DNA from: Bacteroidales bacterium
Lineage (GTDB): Bacteria > Bacteroidota > Bacteroidia > Bacteroidales > VadinHA17
Length of the DNA stretch: 64,000 nucleotides
Assembly: GCA_024763075.1 (NCBI GenBank)
Contig: JANTGF010000007.1
Coordinates: forward strand, 17,879 to 81,878
Direction of reading: 5' to 3'
The notes under the pieces are model-generated. The model saw nothing but the letters and a program-made list of their open reading frames with translations. It made no database searches and had not been told where the DNA came from. This document shows positions 1-7,000 of the stretch, in pieces; position 1 is the first letter of the stretch; each line of letters starts with the position of its first letter. A program made the translations under genes and the position numbers.

Positions 1-893
1 CTCTTCCGGCGGTAGCAAAAAGTAATGATAATGTTTCTTCCAAAGAAAAAGTTTTACTGGGAAAAACACTTTATTTTGACAAGCGCTTATCAAAAGACAA
101 TGTTCAAAGTTGTAATACCTGCCATAATCTGGATACCTGGGGTGTGGATAATTTACCCACCTCTCCCGGAAACAGTGGGAAACCAGGTACACGAAATTCT
201 CCTACCGTTTTAAATGCAGCCCTGCATACTACACAATTCTGGGACGGGCGTGAAAAAACAATTGAAGACCAGGCAGGCGGACCCATTCTTAATCCTGCTG
301 AAATGGCTATTCCCAATGAAGAATTTTTACTCAAACGGCTTTCTTCCATTGATGAGTACAAAACATTATTTGCAGAGGCTTTCCCGGATGAAAATAACCC
401 CATGACATACATGAATATTCAAAATGCCATTGGTGCTTTCGAAAGGGAACTGATGACTCCCTCAAAATTTGACGATTACCTGGCCGGAAACTCTTCAGCA
501 CTCAATGAACAGGAGAAAGCCGGATTGGAAACATTTATTAATACCGGTTGCATTACCTGCCATATTGGGAATGTACTTGGTGGTAATATGTTCCAGAAGT
601 TGGGACTTTACGGAGATTACTGGGAGCTCACAAAAAGTAAAGTTATTGACAACGGCCGTTTTGATGTTACAAAAAAAGAGTCCGACAAGTATTTATTTAA
701 AGTCCCTTCATTAAGAAATGTAGCAAAAACCTGGCCTTACTTTCATGACGGAAGTGTAAAAGACCTGAAAGAAGCCGTGGTGATCATGGCAAAACTTGAA
801 TTGGATAAAAGCCTGACTGACGCAGAAGCGGGTCAGATAGTGAACTTCCTGGAAACACTTACAGGTGAGGTACCTGCAAATATGAAAGAATAG
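1..893 (+). CDS. di-haem cytochrome c peroxidase (CCP/MauG family), N-terminus cut by window edge
   Basis: The frame is open from nt 3 to the stop at 891-893. The track ORF 144..893 is only the part after an internal GTG. Two CxxCH haem motifs are present: CNTCH at nt 111-125 and CITCH at nt 549-563. The C-terminal WPYFHDGS motif is typical of bacterial CCP. Confidence 0.9.
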   Translation, partial: LPAVAKSNDNVSSKEKVLLGKTLYFDKRLSKDNVQSCNTCHNLDTWGVDNLPTSPGNSGKPGTRNSPTVLNAALHTTQFWDGREKTIEDQAGGPILNPAEMAIPNEEFLLKRLSSIDEYKTLFAEAFPDENNPMTYMNIQNAIGAFERELMTPSKFDDYLAGNSSALNEQEKAGLETFINTGCITCHIGNVLGGNMFQKLGLYGDYWELTKSKVIDNGRFDVTKKESDKYLFKVPSLRNVAKTWPYFHDGSVKDLKEAVVIMAKLELDKSLTDAEAGQIVNFLETLTGEVPANMKE

Positions 894-926
894 ACAACAG
901 GACACATTTGCTTCATCATAAAAAAC

Positions 927-966
927 AAACCGGTTTTGGTACAACTACCATAACCGGTTTTTCTTT
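927..966 (+). terminator. rho-independent terminator after ccp
   Basis: AAACCGGTT (927-935) pairs with AACCGGTTT (952-960) and is followed by TTCTTT. Confidence 0.6.
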
Positions 967-1060
967 GGCTAAAGGTAACTTAATCAAACAGAGTTGCGTA
1001 AACAGATAAACCTCAACAACTGACAAAACTGATTTATTGAATTTTTTAAACTGGGATATT

Positions 1061-2134
1061 ATGCGAAATAATCCGGGAATAAAAGTATTGTTTATACTTT
1101 CAGCGATAATTGTAAGCTCATGCAGTTCCATGAACCGCTTAACAATGAGTGTAACAGAACCGGCACCGGTTTACGTTCCTGCCAATATTGAAACCATTGC
1201 CATTATTAACAGAAGTCTGCCATCGGTTCAAAACGACGAACTGGAAAAACTTGACAAAATATTTTCCGTGGAAGGAAAGAATCTGGATAAAAACGGAGCA
1301 ATGGAAACGGTTACCGGTTTATATGACGAACTTACAAAAACCCAAAGGTTTGATACAATTAAAATAATTGACGAGCTTGATCTGAAGAATCCTGGCCTTG
1401 GCATTTTTCCGGCTTCACTCCCATGGGAAACCGTTGAAAACATCTGTAAAAAAAATAATGTGGATGCCATCTTTGTTTTATCGTTCTACGATACAGATGC
1501 AAGCATCCATTATAAAGCTGAGAAATTTGATTTCAAAGGGCCGGCAGGAATTAAAATACCCATCGTTGAACATCATGCTTTAGTTACGACCTTTATAAAA
1601 ACAGGATGGAGGATATATGATCCGTTAAACAGGTGGATAGCAGATGAAATTCAAATCAATCATCAGGTAAAGTCTGAAGGAGTTGGTGTGAATCCCTTGA
1701 ATGCGGCCCGGGCAATTTTAGACAGAGAACAAGCAGTTTTGCAAACAAGCAGCAACATCGGACATAACTATGCTCAAAGAATATTCCCTTATAAAACAAG
1801 AGTTTCAAGAGATTATTACGTTCGTGGTACAGACAACTTCAAAATTGCAAAACGACGGGCACAGACAGGAAACTGGAACGCGGCTGCTGAGCTTTGGGAA
1901 GAAGAAGTATCAAATCCTAAAAGGAAAATTGCCGGAAGAGCCTGCTATAATATGGCCATTATAAATGAGATTAACGGCAATCTTAATACGGCCGTTGACT
2001 GGGCGGCAAAATCTTATACCGATTACAAAGACAAGGAAGCTTTGCAATATCTGAAAGTACTTAACAACCGGATTGCAAAAAATGACCAGCTAAAACAGGA
2101 AACAGCAGAGAAATTATCCTCAACTCAGAAATAA
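1061..2134 (+). CDS. lipoprotein of unknown function with TPR-like C-terminus
   Basis: Track ORF is 1037..2134. The ATG at 1061 gives MRNNPGIKVLFILSAIIVSSC, a signal peptide with a lipobox Cys. The C-terminal helices (AGRACYNMAIINEINGNLNTAVDWAAKSY) look TPR-like. No family was recognised with confidence. Confidence 0.6.
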   Translation: MRNNPGIKVLFILSAIIVSSCSSMNRLTMSVTEPAPVYVPANIETIAIINRSLPSVQNDELEKLDKIFSVEGKNLDKNGAMETVTGLYDELTKTQRFDTIKIIDELDLKNPGLGIFPASLPWETVENICKKNNVDAIFVLSFYDTDASIHYKAEKFDFKGPAGIKIPIVEHHALVTTFIKTGWRIYDPLNRWIADEIQINHQVKSEGVGVNPLNAARAILDREQAVLQTSSNIGHNYAQRIFPYKTRVSRDYYVRGTDNFKIAKRRAQTGNWNAAAELWEEEVSNPKRKIAGRACYNMAIINEINGNLNTAVDWAAKSYTDYKDKEALQYLKVLNNRIAKNDQLKQETAEKLSSTQK

Positions 2135-2246
2135 ATAATCTTTATTCCTGTAGTTTTCCTTTTGCCATTTTACACCAACACCGATGGCGGTAATTTAGGA
2201 TATAACGAACATTAAATATTTAACTAAATTAAAAGGAGATTTTAAA

Positions 2247-4019
2247 ATGAAGTACAACAACTTTTTTCTTTTTATTATAGGAGCTTTAATTTTTATAAGC
2301 TCTTGCTCAAAAGAGCTTACTCTTAATCCCGCCAATAATATTAGGGTATCCCAGGGTGATTATATTAATATCATTCATGTAAATTGGGATGCTGTTTCTA
2401 ATGCAGACCACTATAATATTATAAGAATTAGTCCCAACGGGGAACGAATAGCTGCAGGTACTGTTACTGTTCCTCCATTTGACGATTATGGTTTTGGATT
2501 ACCTGATAATAAGTTAGAAGCAGGTAAAAAATACAAATACGTGATTTCTTCAGGTGCTAATGGAGATTATGGTGATAGTGAATATTCTGAGGAATCACCG
2601 GAAGGTTGGATTTATGGATTTAAACCTATTGATGTTTTGGTTAAACGAGAAGATAATGGAACCGTTACTATTCAGTGGCAAGATCCGAATGGAAAACAGT
2701 ATGATGTTTATGGCAATACCAGATCTTGTTGGTGGGATATTAAAAGACGTTATACTGATGATTTACAATTTTCAAAAATACATACAACGGACCATTCTGG
2801 TGGTGATGCAGCCCTTCAAGTTCAAACATATACTGATAAAACCGTTTCAAAAAACGAGAAAGCAATTTATCAAATTGTAGGGTATTATGATTATCAATTT
2901 AAAAATATGGATAATGACTACTGTGGAGGTTTAGGATCTTACAGTTTTGATGAATCAGCAGAATCGAAAGACTCTTCTCATGCAACAGTAACATATCAGA
3001 CTATTCAAATAAACGATCTGCAAACTTCTGCTGATGGTTATGGTTATGTAAAGATAAAAAATATTAACAATGTAATGTACGCTGCAGCCATTCCAAAACC
3101 TGTGCTTGGTAATCCTGTAATTTATAAATTGAATGGTACATCTTGGCAAAATATAGCTTCATCTTATCCAGTAGGATTGCAAAATAATTTTGATAAAATA
3201 AGCATCAGTGGCGACGGTAATAACGTTTGGGTTGCAGGAGTTTCTGATTCATCTTATGTTTATGCTTTTAATTCATCATGGAGTAATAATTTAGCTAATA
3301 ACAATATGGGATTAGCAAATAAACCAGACGGAATATTGGTAGAATATTTCAATAATACATTATATGCCCTTTGTAATCATGATGGTAAACTTGAACTTTA
3401 TTCCTATGATAATAATAATGTTTGGGCTAGCCAGGGTGTAGTGGAAAATAGCAGCGGAATATTCGATTTAGGTTTTAAAGTATTTAATAACAAACTGTAC
3501 TCTTTTTACCATGTTTATACCAGCGAACAAAACAGTACTTTAAAAATAAAACATTATGAAATTAATAATTGGAATACTGATTTTGAAAAATCATACGATT
3601 ATTTAATGAATGTTGATGTTTCTGTTAATACTTCAGGAGAGATCTATTTCACATCAGAAAGTCAGAAACCAGATCGATGGAAAGGAAATATTTATAAAGT
3701 TACGTCACAATCTACTACTGAAGAAATGATAAATTCTGGTAATGATTGGTTAATATTTCCTACAGCCATTGATTTTGACAACGTGGGCAATCCGTGTGTG
3801 ATATATACATACATAAGTAATGATGCAAGTTATACAGAATCCAGACTTGCCGTATTTGACAATGGTGAATGGAAAATGATTGCAGGAGATTACTCTAAGC
3901 ACATCTCTCCTGTTGATTTAGAATCAAACAATGGATTGTACTTTATTTATGGAGATGGAGATAATGTTACTCAAACCAATTATCCTAAAATAATAAAAAC
4001 AATGAAATATAATCGTTAA
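2247..4019 (+). CDS. lipoprotein of unknown function (FN3-like N-terminal modules, propeller-like repeats)
   Basis: 590-aa ORF with lipobox FISSC. AAGGAG lies at 2233-2238, 8 nt upstream of the ATG. The sequence is Asn/Tyr-rich and visibly more AT-rich than its neighbours. Repeated W/Y-containing strands in the C-terminal two thirds suggest a beta-propeller. Confidence 0.6.
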   Translation: MKYNNFFLFIIGALIFISSCSKELTLNPANNIRVSQGDYINIIHVNWDAVSNADHYNIIRISPNGERIAAGTVTVPPFDDYGFGLPDNKLEAGKKYKYVISSGANGDYGDSEYSEESPEGWIYGFKPIDVLVKREDNGTVTIQWQDPNGKQYDVYGNTRSCWWDIKRRYTDDLQFSKIHTTDHSGGDAALQVQTYTDKTVSKNEKAIYQIVGYYDYQFKNMDNDYCGGLGSYSFDESAESKDSSHATVTYQTIQINDLQTSADGYGYVKIKNINNVMYAAAIPKPVLGNPVIYKLNGTSWQNIASSYPVGLQNNFDKISISGDGNNVWVAGVSDSSYVYAFNSSWSNNLANNNMGLANKPDGILVEYFNNTLYALCNHDGKLELYSYDNNNVWASQGVVENSSGIFDLGFKVFNNKLYSFYHVYTSEQNSTLKIKHYEINNWNTDFEKSYDYLMNVDVSVNTSGEIYFTSESQKPDRWKGNIYKVTSQSTTEEMINSGNDWLIFPTAIDFDNVGNPCVIYTYISNDASYTESRLAVFDNGEWKMIAGDYSKHISPVDLESNNGLYFIYGDGDNVTQTNYPKIIKTMKYNR

Positions 4020-4029
4020 CTGAGTATTT

Positions 4030-4069
4030 CGGAGTAAAGTGTACAGTACAATCCGGAGTAAAGTGTACA
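4030..4069 (+). repeat. perfect 16-nt direct repeat CGGAGTAAAGTGTACA x2 (4030-4045 and 4054-4069)
   Basis: Read directly; period 24 nt. A partial third copy AGAGTGTA lies at 4078-4085. Confidence 0.9.
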
Positions 4070-4100
4070 ACTTTTTTAGAGTGTATTTTTTTAGTTTTTA

Positions 4101-4292
4101 ACGGTGGCGATAGCGCCCTCCACGAGCAACAATCCGTCATATAGTGTGTAATTACATGGGACACTCCAAACCAGCGTTCGGCGAGCTCACGCTGAAGCCT
4201 TGCGACTTACTAGTGCTTCAAGACCTTACTCCTGCACACAAGGGACTTACACCCCTCGGACGCCAGAGGCTTGCCGACGGCGATGCCCCTGG
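4101..4292. other. GC-rich non-coding block 1 (candidate structured RNA or decayed foreign DNA)
   Basis: GC content rises sharply against an AT-rich background. Helices: AGTGT 4143-4147 with ACACT 4161-4165, and GCGTTCGG 4174-4181 with 4256-4263 (8 bp, 2 G-U). CTTAC recurs at roughly 20-nt spacing (ending at 4210, 4229 and 4250). The only ORF (4144..4329, 61 aa) has no protein-like features. Confidence 0.3.
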
Positions 4293-4357
4293 AATAAATA
4301 ATGCACCCCAAAACAGTAACTTCTTGTGAATAAATTTGTATTTTTAGAATTTATTCT

Positions 4358-4541
4358 GAGCTTCCGAGTGGGTGCATCAGTTCATGCTGGGCACACACAA
4401 AGTGTCATATAGCAGGCGGGTTTCCTCTCGGTTTGACAAGTCAAACCAGTGTTGCCACCTCCTGCGGGTCTGACTGGATTTCTGTTGGAAATCCCGCCCG
4501 ACCACATACAAGTGACCGTTGCGTTGCAATAAAGAGAGCCC
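4358..4541. other. GC-rich non-coding block 2 (candidate structured RNA or riboswitch-like leader of the DUF2200 gene)
   Basis: Hairpin GGTTTGAC (4430-4437) with GTCAAACC (4440-4447). GGCGGGTTTCC (4415-4425) pairs with GGAAATCCCGCC (4487-4498). The same 3' segment can instead pair locally with GGATTTC (4476-4482). The block shares GTCATATAG and CAAACCAG(C/T)GTT with block 1. Confidence 0.3.
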
Positions 4542-4583
4542 AATTATGCAGAGTGTAGAATCAAAATTGAAAACAGAAGAGAT

Positions 4584-4940
4584 ATGACAAAACAAGATGA
4601 AAGAATGGCAAAGATGACATTTACTTCAATATACCCACACTATCTCACAAAAATTGAGAAAAAGGGAAGAACTAAAGAAGAATTACACGAAGTAATTAAA
4701 TGGCTAACCGGCTATAGTGATAAAAAGTTACAGGAACTTATAAATGCTAATGTAACATTTGAATCTTTCTTCCTAAATGCTGATATGAATAAAAAATCTA
4801 ATCAAATTACAGGAAAAATATGTGGCTACAAAGTCGAGGAAATTACAAATCCGTTAACCCAACAAATAAGGTATTTAGACAAGTTAGTTGATGAATTAGC
4901 CAAAGGATGGAAAATGGAAAAAATATTGAGAGCAGATTAA
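4584..4940 (+). CDS. DUF2200-like small protein
   Basis: 118-aa ORF. MTFTSIYPHYLTKIEKKGRTKEEL ... IRYLDKLVDELAKG matches my recollection of the DUF2200 family. The start is ambiguous, with three in-frame ATGs in the first 11 codons. Confidence 0.55.
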   Translation: MTKQDERMAKMTFTSIYPHYLTKIEKKGRTKEELHEVIKWLTGYSDKKLQELINANVTFESFFLNADMNKKSNQITGKICGYKVEEITNPLTQQIRYLDKLVDELAKGWKMEKILRAD

Positions 4941-4951
4941 GTAGATAATAT

Positions 4952-5311
4952 ATGAAACCAAAAGAATTAATTGAACAATGGGTAAAAGCTTTTAATGAAG
5001 GAGATGCCGAAAAGATTACGAATTTTTATCATTCAGATGCAATTAATCATCAAGTTGCTAATGAGCCAGTTGTTGGAAAAGGTGCCATACTGAAAATGTT
5101 TAAAACTGAGTTTAGCCAAGCGGAAATGACTTGCATAGTGGAAAATATTTTTGAGGATAATGACTGGGGAATATTAGAATGGAAAGACCCACTAGGATTA
5201 AGAGGTTGTGGATTTTTTCAAATAGTAGATGGAAAAATTAAATTTCAAAGAGGTTATTGGGACAAATTATCTTTTTTAAGACTAAATAATCTTCCGGTAC
5301 CCAAGGAATAA
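4952..5311 (+). CDS. SnoaL-like / NTF2-fold protein
   Basis: 119 aa, beginning 11 nt after the previous stop. The N-terminal KELIEQWVKAFNEGDAEKITNFYHSDA pattern is typical of the SnoaL/NTF2 fold. Confidence 0.6.
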   Translation: MKPKELIEQWVKAFNEGDAEKITNFYHSDAINHQVANEPVVGKGAILKMFKTEFSQAEMTCIVENIFEDNDWGILEWKDPLGLRGCGFFQIVDGKIKFQRGYWDKLSFLRLNNLPVPKE

Positions 5312-5350
5312 AGGAAAAATGAAATAACAACACCACAATTGAGTAGGCTG

Positions 5351-5386
5351 CCCCGCCAGTAAAAACTGACGGGGAGTTTACTTTTG
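5351..5386 (+). terminator. candidate rho-independent terminator
   Basis: CCCCGCCAGT (5351-5360) pairs with ACTGACGGGG (5365-5374) with one mismatch and an AAAA loop. A T-rich tract follows. Confidence 0.5.
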
Positions 5387-5719
5387 TAAATGACTGGTTT
5401 TTCAGACAAGAGTAACGCAGATAGCGGACATTATGGACAAACACTAAATAGAACATTTCTCTATTATATTTGTTTATCAAAAAATAAGGTGATGAACAGA
5501 AATGACCTATTTGCAAGAATTACAAATCCTCGCCAGCAAATATTTCTTGATTGTATCTCCTTATAGTCAGAGTAGTCCATTGGGGGGCTTTAGCCCAAAA
5601 AATTAGCTGTGATCATCCCTTTGGTCTTCGGTTCTTGAATTTTCCGAATTAAATTGACTAAATTTATCCAAAATCTGCCTGTTCCGAAAATTCTTAAACA
5701 AACTGATAATACATAAAAT

Positions 5720-6103
5720 ATGGAAAAACAAGATTTACTCGGATTAAGAACAACCATTTATAAAGTTAGTGATATAGATAAAGCCAAAAAATGGTATGCC
5801 AAAGCATTTGAAAAGGAACCATACTTTGACGAACCTTTCTATGTAGGATTTAATATCGGTGGTTATGAACTGGGACTTCTTCCTGAGGAGAATCCCGTTA
5901 CTGAAAAACCAGAAAGTGTTCTTACTTACTGGGGGGTGAACGAAATTGAAAAAGTTTATAATCACTTTATAGAGTCAGGTGCTGTTGAAAATGAAAAACC
6001 ACATAGTGTGGGTGGTCCTCTCCTGGTTGCAACGCTTAAAGACCCCTGGGGGAATATCATCGGATTGATTTATAATCCTGCATTCAAATTGGAAAATTTT
6101 TAG
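5720..6103 (+). CDS. VOC (glyoxalase/bleomycin-resistance) family protein
   Basis: 127 aa with the beta-alpha-beta-beta-beta pattern. The LKDPWGNIIGL C-terminal motif is typical of the VOC superfamily. Confidence 0.7.
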   Translation: MEKQDLLGLRTTIYKVSDIDKAKKWYAKAFEKEPYFDEPFYVGFNIGGYELGLLPEENPVTEKPESVLTYWGVNEIEKVYNHFIESGAVENEKPHSVGGPLLVATLKDPWGNIIGLIYNPAFKLENF

Positions 6104-6112
6104 GAGAATAAA

Positions 6113-6463
6113 ATGGCCTCAGATAAAAATTTCGTGGATTTTGTTGTTGACCAAATTGAAAATGCGGGTAAAATCACAGCTAAAAGTATGTTTGGTGAAT
6201 ACGGACTATTTTCAGATAGAAAAATCTTTGCACTTATTTGTGATAATAAACTATATATTAAACCAACCAAATCTGGAAGGTCGTTTATAAAAGATGTTAT
6301 AGAAGCACCCCCATACCCTGGAGCTAAACCAGCCTTCCTTATTGAAGATAAATTGGAAGACCGGGAATGGATTAGCAATTTAGTCAGGATTACCGTTAAA
6401 GAACTTCCCGAACCTAAACCTAAAAAGAAAAAATTAAGCAAAATTCAAAATGAAAAAAGATGA
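6113..6463 (+). CDS. TfoX/Sxy N-terminal-domain protein
   Basis: 116 aa. FVDFVVDQIENAG...MFGEYGLFSDRKIFALICDNKLYIK resembles the TfoX_N domain. AGGAG lies 7 nt upstream of the ATG. Confidence 0.6.
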   Translation: MASDKNFVDFVVDQIENAGKITAKSMFGEYGLFSDRKIFALICDNKLYIKPTKSGRSFIKDVIEAPPYPGAKPAFLIEDKLEDREWISNLVRITVKELPEPKPKKKKLSKIQNEKR

Positions 6464-6526
6464 AAGATATAAGGTCATTTGAGAATTAGTTATACAAAAA
6501 GATGAAGCATAGCATTTATGATTAGA

Positions 6527-6652
6527 ACCAGGCTTCGCCTGTTTTTTATTTAAAAATTACGGGAGTGGATTACGCCTCCATACCGTCGGCGTGATCCATT
6601 AGGGGGGGGCCTTTACAATACATTGGAAACCAGGCTTCGCCTGTTTTTTATT
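6527..6652 (+). repeat. 24-nt direct repeat ACCAGGCTTCGCCTGTTTTTTATT (6527-6550 and 6629-6652)
   Basis: Read directly. Each copy contains a CAGGC-TTC-GCCTG mini-hairpin followed by T6, so each looks like a small terminator module. Confidence 0.85.
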
Positions 6653-6736
6653 TTCCCCAAACTGTCTGCAAGCAAGCTTGAACAGTTTCGGGAAAATAAA
6701 AACCCGGTCTTTTCGACCGGGTTTCCAATGTATTGT
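6615..6736. repeat. 16-bp inverted repeat ACAATACATTGGAAAC / GTTTCCAATGTATTGT enclosing three nested hairpins
   Basis: Left arm 6615-6630, right arm 6721-6736. Inside are the CAGGC/GCCTG hairpin (6631-6643), a 21-bp stem with one mismatch (6645-6665 with 6682-6702), and AACCCGGTC/GACCGGGTT (6701-6709 with 6715-6723). The right arm ends on the tRNA discriminator base. Confidence 0.85.
6692..6723 (-). terminator. rho-independent terminator of tRNA-Val
   Basis: On the minus strand the sequence reads AACCCGGTC-GAAAA-GACCGGGTT followed by TTTATTTT, starting 13 nt after the tRNA 3' end. Confidence 0.7.
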
Positions 6737-6810
6737 GGGCGATACTGGATTCGAACCAGTGACCCCCTGCTTGTAAGGCAGGTGCTCTGAACCAGCTGAG
6801 CTAATCGCCC
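6736..6810 (-). tRNA. tRNA-Val (anticodon TAC)
   Basis: The reverse complement is GGGCGATTAGCTCAGCTGGTTCAGAGCACCTGCCTTACAAGCAGGGGGTCACTGGTTCGAATCCAGTATCGCCCA. It has a perfect 7-bp acceptor stem, a GCTC/GAGC D stem, a CCTGC/GCAGG anticodon stem with loop CTTACAA, and a T arm ACTGG-TTCGAAT-CCAGT. CCA is not encoded. Confidence 0.95.
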
Positions 6811-6944
6811 CAATGTTACTTAATATTTCAATTTATCTCTCGAGATACTTTTTAAACCAGTCAAGAAAATCATTGATGATTTTCGAGGATCTCCTCAAAC
6901 TAACAAATCATAGATTTGAAGTTTGAAGGGACTAATCGCCCCAA
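6801..6944 (+). repeat. 13-nt direct repeat CTAATCGCCCCAA (6801-6813 and 6932-6944)
   Basis: The first copy is tRNA-Val positions 1-10 plus 3 nt of 5' leader (plus-strand view). The second copy lies 131 nt away and directly abuts copy A of the two-hairpin element. Confidence 0.85.
6865..6931 (+). repeat. two-hairpin intergenic element, copy A
   Basis: Order of parts: GAAAATC/GATTTTC hairpin (6865-6884), TTTCGAGGATC (6881-6891), AAACTA, CAAATC/GATTTG hairpin (6904-6918), then ...TTTGAAGGGA. It is colinear with copy B at 10266-10340. Confidence 0.7.
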
Positions 6945-7000
6945 ACGGAGTGCAAAGATAACAGTCTTCTTTTTATCTCCAAAATGTTTATTAAATTTTT

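Noticed and set aside
4144-4329. 61-aa plus-strand ORF inside GC-rich block 1, and the 72-aa minus-strand ORF 4377..4595 in block 2
   Set aside because: There is no start context and the composition is not protein-like. The minus ORF runs into the DUF2200 start. Both are better explained by the lack of stop codons in GC-rich non-coding sequence, or as decayed remnants.
4101-4541. Possible identity of the GC-rich blocks as RNase P RNA, tmRNA, SRP/6S RNA, or a cobalamin, FMN, TPP, ykkC, c-di-GMP or ZTP riboswitch
   Set aside because: I looked on both strands for hallmark strings and found none in the right order. The strings were GAGGAAAGTCC and ACAGAAA for RNase P, the tRNA-like TTCGA...CCACCA end for tmRNA, GGAAGCAGCC for SRP, and the B12 box. 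GGGTCTGACTGG (4466-4477) resembles the ZTP 5' motif GGGUCGUGACUGG, but the CCGCCUGGGC pseudoknot partner is absent and the downstream gene is not a purine or folate gene.
4584-6463. Small accessory genes as an integron-like cassette array (CALIN)
   Set aside because: No attC-like sites with RYYYAAC/GTTRRRY cores follow the ORFs. The genes come in tightly coupled pairs (9-11 nt apart) rather than one per cassette. There is no intI in the window.
6527-6652. CRISPR-like repeat-spacer structure
   Set aside because: There are only two copies of a 24-nt unit, each of which is a terminator-like hairpin plus T-run. No cas genes are present.
2140-7000. Prophage, ICE or genomic island integrated at tRNA-Val
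   Set aside because: There is no integrase, excisionase, transfer gene or phage gene. No direct repeat of the tRNA 3' end was found. Only a weak 'old hotspot' interpretation was kept.
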